Positions 19,278 to 28,585 of a DNA stretch of 64,000 bases are shown here, one piece after another (position 1 is the first letter of the stretch; the number at the start of each line of letters is the position of its first letter). The notes under the pieces were generated by a model. That model was not told where the DNA came from. It made no database searches and saw only the letters and a list, made by a program, of their open reading frames with translations. Source of the stretch: a virus; the IMG/VR virus record IMGVR_UViG_3300013132_000026, positions 1 to 64,000 of that record. One strand, given 5' to 3'. A program made the position numbers and the translations under genes.

Positions 19278-20241
19278 GCTTTTCCTACTGTTTTATGAAA
19301 TATCGAAAGGTTTCGCAAAAAGAGATTTTTGCGGAAAAGATATTTACATCAAACATCTAGGAGTTAACGAAAAATCGTTTTTCGACTATCGTTATCAAGA
19401 GTTTTTAAAGCACGCTAAAGATGCTGGAATTCCGACTGAAGAAGAGGCTCTGAAAAAAGCCAGTGAAGAAGGTTTTTGGACAGACTCTGACGAGAAGGAA
19501 ATCGAGACGACAAAAAGCTATATTGATCGCCTCATAGGTACGAGAAAAAGTCTTTTTCGGCAACTTGAGATTAAAGAGATCAACGAGCAAATAACTGCCG
19601 AAAGAGAGAAGTTACACAAAAAAATTCAACAGCGGCGCGAAGTCCTCGGTAAGACCGCTGAAGAATATGCGAGCAACAGGTCAAATGACTATATCATTTA
19701 CCAAAGCTTGTACAAAGACGAGAGTTTAAAAGAGCGTCTATTTTCGAAAGAAGATTTCGAGGAAATCACTTACGAAGACCTTATTCGTTATATTTTGTTT
19801 TATAACGAGTATATGACCGAGATCGAAGACCTGAATTTACAGAAGATCGTTTTGGCCGACTTCTTTCAGGTCTACTTCTTAGTTTTGGAGCAACCGATTC
19901 AATTCTTCGGTAAGCCGATGATCGAACTGAGCGACTTACAAGTTCGATTAATCGTTTACGGCAAGATCTTTAAGAACATATTCGAGACAACACAGAACAT
20001 TCCAGACAACATTCGTCAAGATCCAGAGGCGTTGTTGCAATACGTCGATAAGACAAAGGCCAAAGAGCGTTTCGACTCGAAGAAAAAGACTAATGAAAAT
20101 GCTAGCGCCGAGATGGTATTCGGCGCAACAAAGGAAGAATTGCCACAAGGAGCCGAAAAAGGCAAATCGCTCAATAAAATCATGCGCGAGAAGAAGGTTA
20201 TGAATATGGAGGAGCTAATGAAATTACATGGTGAGGAGTAA
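19249..20241 (+). CDS. Putative tail assembly chaperone / pre-TMP protein
   Basis: TTG start overlapping the previous gene; coiled-coil; immediately precedes the TMP. Confidence 0.45.
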   Translation: MKKDNSLASKLFLLFYEISKGFAKRDFCGKDIYIKHLGVNEKSFFDYRYQEFLKHAKDAGIPTEEEALKKASEEGFWTDSDEKEIETTKSYIDRLIGTRKSLFRQLEIKEINEQITAEREKLHKKIQQRREVLGKTAEEYASNRSNDYIIYQSLYKDESLKERLFSKEDFEEITYEDLIRYILFYNEYMTEIEDLNLQKIVLADFFQVYFLVLEQPIQFFGKPMIELSDLQVRLIVYGKIFKNIFETTQNIPDNIRQDPEALLQYVDKTKAKERFDSKKKTNENASAEMVFGATKEELPQGAEKGKSLNKIMREKKVMNMEELMKLHGEE

Positions 20242-20274
20242 CTTTTGGGTGTAAATAACTCAAAAGGTTAAAGA

Positions 20275-23200
20275 ATGGCAAAAGGAATCCAAGTACCCGT
20301 AACGCAGACTGGGCTAAGTCAGTCTATTAATCAAGCCGTTAAGAAAGTAGGGCCGATTAATGTACCGATTAACGTCAATCCCAATGCGTTCAAGAACCTT
20401 TCACAGCCACTTGGTAGAATCACGGGTCTTGCCAGCGAGTTTGAAAAGTCAATTGCGGCGTCTAATGCGCGTGTTATCGCATTCGGCGCGTCAGTAGGTA
20501 TCATCAATGGCTTTCAGAACGCCCTTTCTCAACTTGTAAAAACGGGCATTGAAGTTCAAAAAACTCTTGCCGATATTTCTGCTATCAGTGGGGCAACTGG
20601 CGTTGAGCTTTCTAAGCTCGCAGATGGTATTTTCGATGTTGCCAAAAATACGGGTCAGTCATTCAAAACGGCATCTGAAGCTGCACTAGAGTTTTCTCGC
20701 CAAGGTTTGGCGTTAGAAGAAACGATCAAGAGAACAAACGATGCGTTAACACTGAGCCGCTTTACTGGTTTAAGCGCAGCCGATTCGGTAGATACTCTAA
20801 CTGCCGCATTTAACTCGTTCCAAGAGTCTGGAGTCACTACGGCAGAAATTCTGAATAAGTTAGTCGCAGTTGACTCGGCTTATGCAGTTTCTGCTGCTGA
20901 CCTTGCAAAAGCTATTTCTCGCGTAGGTTCAGTAGGTATCGAGGCTGGCGTTTCGCTAGATGAACTTAATGCTGCGGTAACGGCAGTTCAGCAGAGAACT
21001 GCGCGTGGTGGTGCAGTTATTGGTAACGCATTCAAGACGATTTTTACAAACCTTAGATCCGAGAATGCGATCAAGGCTTTGCGCGATATTGGAGTAGAGT
21101 CTCTTGACCTTCAGGGAAATTTAAAGCCTTCGCTACAAGTTATTAAAGAACTTGCGGTCGCCGTGCAAGGTTTAGGAGAGGGTGAACGTGTTCAGATTTT
21201 AGAAACGATCGCTAGTAAGTACAACATTAACATTTTGTCTGCACTTATTGGCGATTTGACGGATAAGCAGAGTGCATTTACTGGAGCGCTGGAAAAGAGC
21301 GCCAATGCAGCGTCAGAAGCTTACGATAGACAAAAGCAGTTAAACGAAACTTTGGCGGCGGCGATTAACAATACGACCGTTTCCGTAACGCAACTTTTCA
21401 ACAAGCTCTCAGAAATTGGAGTAAACGAAAATCTAACTGCGCTGCTGAAGTTTGTAAACGATTTACTATCTGGTTTCAATAAGCTGCTCGACTCTGAAAG
21501 CGTCGGCGGAAACATTGCGAAGGGTTTGATCAAGGGCATCAGCGATGTATTTTTCACCGTTGGTCTTCCAATCATTGCGGCCATCTTCGTAAAACTGACT
21601 CGCGATATTGCTCAGTTCGGTATCGAGTCTTTAAAAACTATTCTCGGAATCAATCAACAGGTGCGCGAGCGTCAGGCTCTTGAACAAGCCGTAGTAAATA
21701 CGCTAATTAAAGATCAGCAAGTAATGGCTACGATTCTTGCTCTGAGTGGAGACAGGGCAAAGCAAGAGCAGTATTTACTTAATGTTTACAATCAGCAGAT
21801 TGCCGCACTACAAAAGGTTCAGAGCATCGCACAATCTGTTGCTCCTGCTCTTCAAGGCGCTGGACTTAGCGCGACATCTGGTCAAGTTCGCAGACGCGCA
21901 GCTGGTGGTTATCTGCCAAGTCAAGAAGCCTCCGATGTTCGTCGCGGTGTTGGCGGCGCAAGTCCATCCTCAAAAGTAGTTTCGATTCCAAATTTCGCAT
22001 TTGGCGGCGGTAAGCACGGGACAATGATCGCCAATACGAGCGAGTATATTGTTCCTAATTTTGCGAACGGTGGGTCGGCAATCTTTAATCCTGATATGGT
22101 TAAGGCTTATGGATTGCCAGCGGGAGCCAAGAAGATCAATGCGTCTGGCGGCTATGTCCCGAATTTTGCTAGATATGTTTATGATGCTGACCGTATCGTA
22201 GCAGATAAAAATGCCTTATTAAAGGCAATTTTAGCTTCTAGAGCGAAAAAGAATTTGATTGTCGGACCAGCCGGAGCCGGTAAAAGTACTTATGGCGGAG
22301 GGCTTGGATCGTTCATAACGAACGTTGCTCAACTAGGCGATGCTACTGAAATTGATATTTTATCTAGCGCGGGCAGAACAAAGGAGGGGGGATTTTCGAA
22401 AAATTTCCAAGAACTTGTAAACGCCGTAAACGTTTCTGGAGGCAAAGTTTCTTATCTATATGCTAGTAATATGGATATCCTTTCTCGCCGCTATGGAAGA
22501 ACAGAAAATGCTATTCAAGAAGGAGATTTGAGAAGTAAAAAGCAAATTGTAGGCACAATTTATGCGCCATTAAATCAATTTGACTTTATTTCAAAGATGA
22601 AAGGAAGTTCTAAAAACTTCCAGATGACTCGCGGATCTGGCGGCTTTATTCCAAATTTTGTAAATGAGCTACCCGGTAAAACGCCTGCATATAGTCAGCC
22701 AAAAACTAAACCAAAAGGTTCTAATTTAGATTCAGTTACAGTAGACGCAAGATGGTCGGGAGGAGCAGTTATGCTTTTGCCGTCCAGCAAGCAAAGACAG
22801 AAATTTTTAAAGCAAGGATACAGTACAGCGCCAAGTGCAAACGTAAGCAAAAAGGAAGTTCTACCTGATGGGAGAAGAATTTCGGGTGTTCTTTTTGATG
22901 CTTTCGCTGTAATACCAAGTGAATTAAAAAGTAGAAGTGGACAAGAAATTGCAAATATTGAAGAACGAGTTAAAAAGGTTGTTTATCAAACTGGATCTGA
23001 AATAATAGCAGATTTTGATCCACTACAAAGACCGCAAGTAGGAGCAGATGAGTTTGCAAGAGTATATGATAAAAAAGGTGGTGCCGCTGGTGCCGCATCC
23101 GCAGTTGCTGGATCGATTTTTGAAGCTGCCGTTGACTATGCATTAAATCCACAAAAAGCAACGAATGTACAAAGTACGCTCGATGTTCCTAGGTTATCAC

Positions 23201-26200
23201 CAGAATTAATTAAAGCCTTTGGAATTACCACTCCTTATGGAACATCGTCTGGAGGCGATTATAAAATTAGTGCCGAGAGAGCACAAGCGTTTGCAGACCA
23301 AATTATTAGAAATAAAGTGTATCAGCCGCCAGCTCCAAAAGCTGCTGCGTCTACTGGTTACGTTCCAAATTTTGCGAAACAATCGGCGCTTTCTGATGCT
23401 ATCGGACGTGAAATTGGCGCTGGAGTTAATCCAAGCCAAATCCGAGTCACGCAAGACGGAAGACTCAGAAACTCGCAAAATCCAAATGGCCTTGCAGTAA
23501 TCAACACAAGAGACGAGCCAAACGGAAAAGTTCCAAACTTTGCCAGAGAAAGATATGCCGCTGGAGAAATTGTAAATGGGAAAAAGGTTGGTGGACAGTT
23601 TAAACCAGCATCGGCAGCTTCTGGTCGGACCGCGAGTGCAACTACGCCACTAACAGATCAAACTGCAAAATTGTTTTTGGCATTTTCTGGACTAACTCTT
23701 GTTTCTTCGACTCTACAATCAACATTCAAAGATACTGAATCTAGTATAGCTAAATTCGCCACTGCAACATCTAATGTTGTTCAAACGCTTTCAAGTGGTG
23801 CGCTGCTTGGTAATTTAGTGCAGCAAACTGGATTGTCTGGTTTGGCTAAAAGAGGAGGTGTTCTTGGAAGTGTTGGACGTATAGCTGGAAATGCTGGAAT
23901 AATTGGCGCAATCGGTGGCGCTGGTATAGGTATTTATCAAGAAATTCAGGCAGCAAGAGAAGCGGAACGTCAACGACCAATTTTAGCTGGAGAAGAAGGA
24001 GCTGGTCGTAGAATCGCAGATATCGCCGCTCAAGAAACCAATCCTGAGTCAATCAGAGAACAGCTACTTAAAGATTTCCAAGCTGGACAAGCAGAATTTG
24101 AAAGAATTCAAGCTCAATTACAACAAGGAAGCGAAAGAGCTGCGGCGGCTCGGCTTAATGTCGCCGCTTTTGGAACTGGTGGAGAATTCGACCCACAGCT
24201 TCAAGAAAATGTAAAATTTTTAGAAGAAAGAAAAAAACTGGAAGAAGAGCTTAATACTTTACTGGGAGGTCAGCAAAAATTTTTGCAACAAATTGGAGCA
24301 ACGACAAATGATATAGAAAATGCTGCCAAGAGAAAAGAAAAATTAGAAAAAGAAGCGAATACCGAAGCTGAAAGACGCATAAATCTAGAGCAGGCTTTTG
24401 AAAAAATTGCTTTATCTATTTTAAAGGGCGATAATGAACGTTTGAAAGCGCGTGCGCAAATTGCCGCGCAAGATATTAAAAATGCAGCCAATCTTAATAG
24501 TTTTCAAAAACAAGAATTAGAGTTTAATAGAAAAATTCAAGACTTTGAAGAAGAGTCAACGCAGAAGCAAAGAGACCTTTTAAATTTAACTGTTCAGCAG
24601 TTAATTAAGGGCGGAAGTTTAGCGAGCGTAACTGAAGAACAAGCGAATAGGCTCAAGCAGATACTTGAAAGTGGAACAGAAATTGCCGATAACTCGCAAT
24701 TAATTGCAGATCTTGGAATTAAAAATGCAACTGTAGTTAATGAAGAAATTGAAAAAGTATCGAACAAAATAGCTTTGCAAAAGGAAGAGACTCGTGGGCT
24801 AATAGAGCGTTTTTCAATTACTCAAAGAGCCTCAATTGAGGCGTCTAAACAGTTAGGTTTTATTGAAGCTCAAACAAGAGCTTTAAATGCTCAAGCTGAA
24901 ACTGCAAGGGAAATTGAAATAATAGAAGCTAAAAGAAGTCGCTTAAGATCGGGAAAGGCTCAAGAATTAAATATTGAAAATATAAGATCAGGTATAGCGA
25001 CAAGAGGCATAGCTTCTCCGACGCAAACTAGACAGCTTCTAGAAGCTGAAAAAAATCTTAATTTTGTAACTAAAAGAAATAATGTAGAAGAAACTTATAG
25101 GCGCTCTCAAGAAGAAGGCTTTAACGCTTTAAGAAATGCATATATTGAACAAGTAAATGGTTCTGAATTCATATCTGACGCAGAGCAAAAACGGGCGGAA
25201 AGTTTATTGCAATCAGCTAAAACAGCAGAAGATTTACAAAAGATTTATGCTGCATTTGACCCTAGTTTTTCTGGAATTGGGACAAACGAAAATCGAGCAT
25301 TAGAATATCAATTGTCTTTATTTGAACAGTCAAAAGCTATATTAGAAGAAAGAAAAAAAATAATAGACGCTAATATAAGTTTATCGAAAGAGGAAAGAGA
25401 CCTCGAAATTCAAAAGCTAAATATTGAAATTAAGCGCAGAGATCGCGTATTAGAAATTGCGAAAATCAGAGAAAGCTCTAGGCTAAAAGCTGGGGTTGCT
25501 ACCGCGCTTGACGACTTAGAGGCTGAATCAGAAAACTTTTATGAAACACTCGGCAACAGAACTACAATAGCTTTTAGGGATGGCTTAACAGACGCATTGA
25601 GTGCGGCTATTTCTCAAACTGACGATCTTGGTGATGCGCTGCAAAATGTTGCGCGTAATTTCTTGCAGACGATTCAGCAGGCATTTTTGCAACAAGCTTC
25701 GGGGCAAATTGTGCAGTTAATCGGAAAGAGCTTCAATTTTGCCAATGGTGGAATCGTAAAAAAATACGCTGGAGGCGGAAAGGTAGTTGGAGGAAGCGGC
25801 TATAAAGATGACGTTCCAGCGATGCTCACAAGCGGAGAGTTTGTGATGAGAAAGTCTGCCGTGCAGAAGTATGGCATGGAAAATCTTGAAAGAATGAACA
25901 ACGGCGGGATCTTCCTGCCCGGTGTTCGTGGCGCTGGTGCAATCTCTGGCTACGGCGACATCACAAAGTTCGCAAAGCAGACAACTACTAGCGGCGCAAC
26001 AGACGTTATGATGGGCGGCGCGTCTTCGGCATTCATTAACCTTGAAGATCAAAGCGCAAGGCTTTCTCGTTTTGGACTTCTAAACGAAGATACGATTAAT
26101 CAAGAAATTAGAGCGGCACAAGAACAGGGCTTAAATCTTATTAGAGAAAGAGAAGCTTATAGAACGGCACAGAGAAAAGCGTTCCAGCAACAGCTGGTTA

Positions 26201-26850
26201 GCACTTTAGCTTCTGCCGCAATAAGCTTCGGAGTTGGAAAATTGACCGCTCCAAAGGTAACGGGCCTTCCCGCATCTTTATCAAAAACAGGAACTCCATT
26301 TGCTGCAAACGCTGGCCCAGCATCATTTGGCAATGTCGCTTTATTAAAGGGCGCTCCAATTAAATTTAGTGGCGGAATTGGTTCATTTATGAATCCAGTT
26401 GGCGCAAAGCCAATTCCATTTCGTGCTTATGGTGGATTGATGCGCCGCTACGCTGCTGGAGGTCCAACTGACGACATTCCTGCTCTATTGATGGGCGGCG
26501 AATATGTCATGAGCCGTCAATCGACGCGCAAATACGGCAAGCAGTTCTTCGATGCGATGAACCAAGGTAGAGCGCCAAGATTCGCAGAAGGCGGGGTGGT
26601 CGGTGGAGCTAACGGAACTGAACTTGGGGATAAGTTTGACAAGCTCTCTACCAAACTCGAAACGACCGCAGCTTCGAACATTAGCATCAACATTAATGTC
26701 ACGAACGGCGGATCGTCAGAAACTCAAACTCAAGGCGACACGAATCGCGGCGGCATCGATTACAAGAAGATGGGCGATCAGATTCGCCAAGTTGTTATCC
26801 AAACGATCAACGAAGAAAAACGCCTCGGTGGTTCACTGAGAAGTAGATAA
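20275..26850 (+). CDS. Tape measure protein (TP901-like core) with inserted enzyme-like modules
   Basis: N-terminal TMP core (EFSRQG...LNKLVAVD...RGGAVIGNAFKTIF); long coiled-coil; two C-terminal DDxPAxLxxGExVM repeats and FAxGG motifs; internal GPAGAGKST. Confidence 0.9.
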   Translation: MAKGIQVPVTQTGLSQSINQAVKKVGPINVPINVNPNAFKNLSQPLGRITGLASEFEKSIAASNARVIAFGASVGIINGFQNALSQLVKTGIEVQKTLADISAISGATGVELSKLADGIFDVAKNTGQSFKTASEAALEFSRQGLALEETIKRTNDALTLSRFTGLSAADSVDTLTAAFNSFQESGVTTAEILNKLVAVDSAYAVSAADLAKAISRVGSVGIEAGVSLDELNAAVTAVQQRTARGGAVIGNAFKTIFTNLRSENAIKALRDIGVESLDLQGNLKPSLQVIKELAVAVQGLGEGERVQILETIASKYNINILSALIGDLTDKQSAFTGALEKSANAASEAYDRQKQLNETLAAAINNTTVSVTQLFNKLSEIGVNENLTALLKFVNDLLSGFNKLLDSESVGGNIAKGLIKGISDVFFTVGLPIIAAIFVKLTRDIAQFGIESLKTILGINQQVRERQALEQAVVNTLIKDQQVMATILALSGDRAKQEQYLLNVYNQQIAALQKVQSIAQSVAPALQGAGLSATSGQVRRRAAGGYLPSQEASDVRRGVGGASPSSKVVSIPNFAFGGGKHGTMIANTSEYIVPNFANGGSAIFNPDMVKAYGLPAGAKKINASGGYVPNFARYVYDADRIVADKNALLKAILASRAKKNLIVGPAGAGKSTYGGGLGSFITNVAQLGDATEIDILSSAGRTKEGGFSKNFQELVNAVNVSGGKVSYLYASNMDILSRRYGRTENAIQEGDLRSKKQIVGTIYAPLNQFDFISKMKGSSKNFQMTRGSGGFIPNFVNELPGKTPAYSQPKTKPKGSNLDSVTVDARWSGGAVMLLPSSKQRQKFLKQGYSTAPSANVSKKEVLPDGRRISGVLFDAFAVIPSELKSRSGQEIANIEERVKKVVYQTGSEIIADFDPLQRPQVGADEFARVYDKKGGAAGAASAVAGSIFEAAVDYALNPQKATNVQSTLDVPRLSPELIKAFGITTPYGTSSGGDYKISAERAQAFADQIIRNKVYQPPAPKAAASTGYVPNFAKQSALSDAIGREIGAGVNPSQIRVTQDGRLRNSQNPNGLAVINTRDEPNGKVPNFARERYAAGEIVNGKKVGGQFKPASAASGRTASATTPLTDQTAKLFLAFSGLTLVSSTLQSTFKDTESSIAKFATATSNVVQTLSSGALLGNLVQQTGLSGLAKRGGVLGSVGRIAGNAGIIGAIGGAGIGIYQEIQAAREAERQRPILAGEEGAGRRIADIAAQETNPESIREQLLKDFQAGQAEFERIQAQLQQGSERAAAARLNVAAFGTGGEFDPQLQENVKFLEERKKLEEELNTLLGGQQKFLQQIGATTNDIENAAKRKEKLEKEANTEAERRINLEQAFEKIALSILKGDNERLKARAQIAAQDIKNAANLNSFQKQELEFNRKIQDFEEESTQKQRDLLNLTVQQLIKGGSLASVTEEQANRLKQILESGTEIADNSQLIADLGIKNATVVNEEIEKVSNKIALQKEETRGLIERFSITQRASIEASKQLGFIEAQTRALNAQAETAREIEIIEAKRSRLRSGKAQELNIENIRSGIATRGIASPTQTRQLLEAEKNLNFVTKRNNVEETYRRSQEEGFNALRNAYIEQVNGSEFISDAEQKRAESLLQSAKTAEDLQKIYAAFDPSFSGIGTNENRALEYQLSLFEQSKAILEERKKIIDANISLSKEERDLEIQKLNIEIKRRDRVLEIAKIRESSRLKAGVATALDDLEAESENFYETLGNRTTIAFRDGLTDALSAAISQTDDLGDALQNVARNFLQTIQQAFLQQASGQIVQLIGKSFNFANGGIVKKYAGGGKVVGGSGYKDDVPAMLTSGEFVMRKSAVQKYGMENLERMNNGGIFLPGVRGAGAISGYGDITKFAKQTTTSGATDVMMGGASSAFINLEDQSARLSRFGLLNEDTINQEIRAAQEQGLNLIREREAYRTAQRKAFQQQLVSTLASAAISFGVGKLTAPKVTGLPASLSKTGTPFAANAGPASFGNVALLKGAPIKFSGGIGSFMNPVGAKPIPFRAYGGLMRRYAAGGPTDDIPALLMGGEYVMSRQSTRKYGKQFFDAMNQGRAPRFAEGGVVGGANGTELGDKFDKLSTKLETTAASNISININVTNGGSSETQTQGDTNRGGIDYKKMGDQIRQVVIQTINEEKRLGGSLRSR

Positions 26851-27620
26851 TGAAATCATCGATCTCAAATTATGAAAACAGTCTATATCTCAGTGGCCTC
26901 AAGATCTTTGGGGTCACAGATACAAACTTTGGCTACTCGCTTCCCGTTGAGCACATCAACGTAATCGGCAATTCAAAGTTCGCGACGTTCACGAACGGCG
27001 CACCACAGTCGTCACTCAGCGTTCAAAAATACCTTTCGAAAGACGACTTTTTGCTGAGAATGACTGGCGAAGGTCCGATTAGCGGCGGCTTATTCTACAA
27101 TAATAAGAATTTTTCCTTTCGTTCAGCTTATTTGAATTCTTATTCGGTATCGTGCGCAGTTGGCAACTTCCCGAATCTTAGCGCAGACTTTTCCGTATTT
27201 GGCGACATTGGTACAGGATTGGCCCAGTCAACGTCGGGTGAAACGGGCAAACTAAGCGTCATTAGACCCGCCGATATCCTCATCGAATGCGATGGTAGCG
27301 GGTCGAACCGAATCGAGGCGTTTACCTACTCTCTTGAGTGCGCCAGACAAGCTTTCTATCATCCAACGGGTTCGGCTCCGATGGACGTGGTGACTCAAAA
27401 GCCATTCCGAGTAACGGCGCAGTTCACGATTGCGATAGATGACTACGAATCGAAAAGACTTTTCGATTATGTTGTAGATTCGAATAAAAGAAACGTTAGT
27501 ATAACAGTAGGTTCGTTAGCTACGTTTACAATGGCAAATATGGAGCTTCTCAGCGAAACGGTCAACAGCACAGCAACGGACGACCTTGTGCTGACGCTTA
27601 ACTATCAAGGATTCATCTAA
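26850..27620 (+). CDS. Tail tip protein, tube-fold paralog
   Basis: YLNSYSVSCAVGNFP, IRPADI and IEAFTYSL align by eye with the major tube protein. Confidence 0.55.
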   Translation: MKSSISNYENSLYLSGLKIFGVTDTNFGYSLPVEHINVIGNSKFATFTNGAPQSSLSVQKYLSKDDFLLRMTGEGPISGGLFYNNKNFSFRSAYLNSYSVSCAVGNFPNLSADFSVFGDIGTGLAQSTSGETGKLSVIRPADILIECDGSGSNRIEAFTYSLECARQAFYHPTGSAPMDVVTQKPFRVTAQFTIAIDDYESKRLFDYVVDSNKRNVSITVGSLATFTMANMELLSETVNSTATDDLVLTLNYQGFI

Positions 27621-28585
27621 TGTCATTCCTTTACGATAGAGACCAAAACGTAACTGGAACGATTCCGCCGTCGTTCACTTTCAAACCGTCTTACGGAACG
27701 ACCGTTTCGTTCAACGCTGACCTTTCGCAGTACGAGACGACCGACAATTATATCTATACGATGCCAAAGGGCGCGAATCATTTGCAACTAGAGTTTGCGA
27801 TGAATTTCGACAACAGAAAAGAAGAAGAGGCGCGTCAGATCTTAGGTTTCTTCGAAAGCTTGAACGGCACTGGCTACTTTCAGTATACGGACCCAGCGGG
27901 CATCTACAAACCGATCAATTTGTTCACGAACGACTTTACAAATTCGTTCGACAAAAATGATTTGCACTCGATCACCGCAAATCTGAATTCGGACCAGTTT
28001 TCAAGTCTGCTCAACTGGAACAATCCTTTTTTAGCTCAAACCGCCAATGTTAAAGGGGACTGGGCTACTAGCACCTCTTATCTCGAATACGACGTAGTGA
28101 GATACACGGGAAACGCAACATATCCAAGTAACACGGGCAACCTATACGACTCATTTTACTACTGCACTGGAGACCACACTTCAGACGCGAGCTTCAGCGC
28201 GTCAAATATGAACAACGATAAGTGGACTCGCGACTTCTTCTTCCAGCCAACTTACTCGTCGCAAATCCAAAAAGAGACCGCAGTTGTAAAAACGCAGCTA
28301 CCTTACTCGTACACGAAGCGCACAGACTTTGGCCTGCACTCGAACACGATAAAGTCTTTCAATCTAGAGTTCAAGGGAGTTTCGGATAAGGAAGCGCGAT
28401 GCATCTTGCACTTCTTGATCTCGAAACAGGGTTTTCGCCGCTTTCAATACAAGTTCCCAAAGATCTACAATCAGAACAAATACTTCTTCGCGACAACTTG
28501 GTCGCACACGATGGTTTACAAGGACGTTAACGATATTTCGATAACGATTCGCGAAGACCCGTTAGGCGTTAGGAAATCATACTAA
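27620..28585 (+). CDS. Minor tail (distal tail, lambda gpM-like) protein with a duplicated domain
   Basis: Two copies of F.F.P.Y...G.....F.L.F.....EAR.IL.F...G...FQY..P.IY flank a W..STSY.EYDVVRY insert. Confidence 0.6.
   Translation: MSFLYDRDQNVTGTIPPSFTFKPSYGTTVSFNADLSQYETTDNYIYTMPKGANHLQLEFAMNFDNRKEEEARQILGFFESLNGTGYFQYTDPAGIYKPINLFTNDFTNSFDKNDLHSITANLNSDQFSSLLNWNNPFLAQTANVKGDWATSTSYLEYDVVRYTGNATYPSNTGNLYDSFYYCTGDHTSDASFSASNMNNDKWTRDFFFQPTYSSQIQKETAVVKTQLPYSYTKRTDFGLHSNTIKSFNLEFKGVSDKEARCILHFLISKQGFRRFQYKFPKIYNQNKYFFATTWSHTMVYKDVNDISITIREDPLGVRKSY

Noticed and set aside
1513-20274. AAGG-N3-4-(A/C)GG motif upstream of 1533, 18233 and 20275
   Set aside because: There are only three loose copies, which could be weak SD sequences; support is insufficient.
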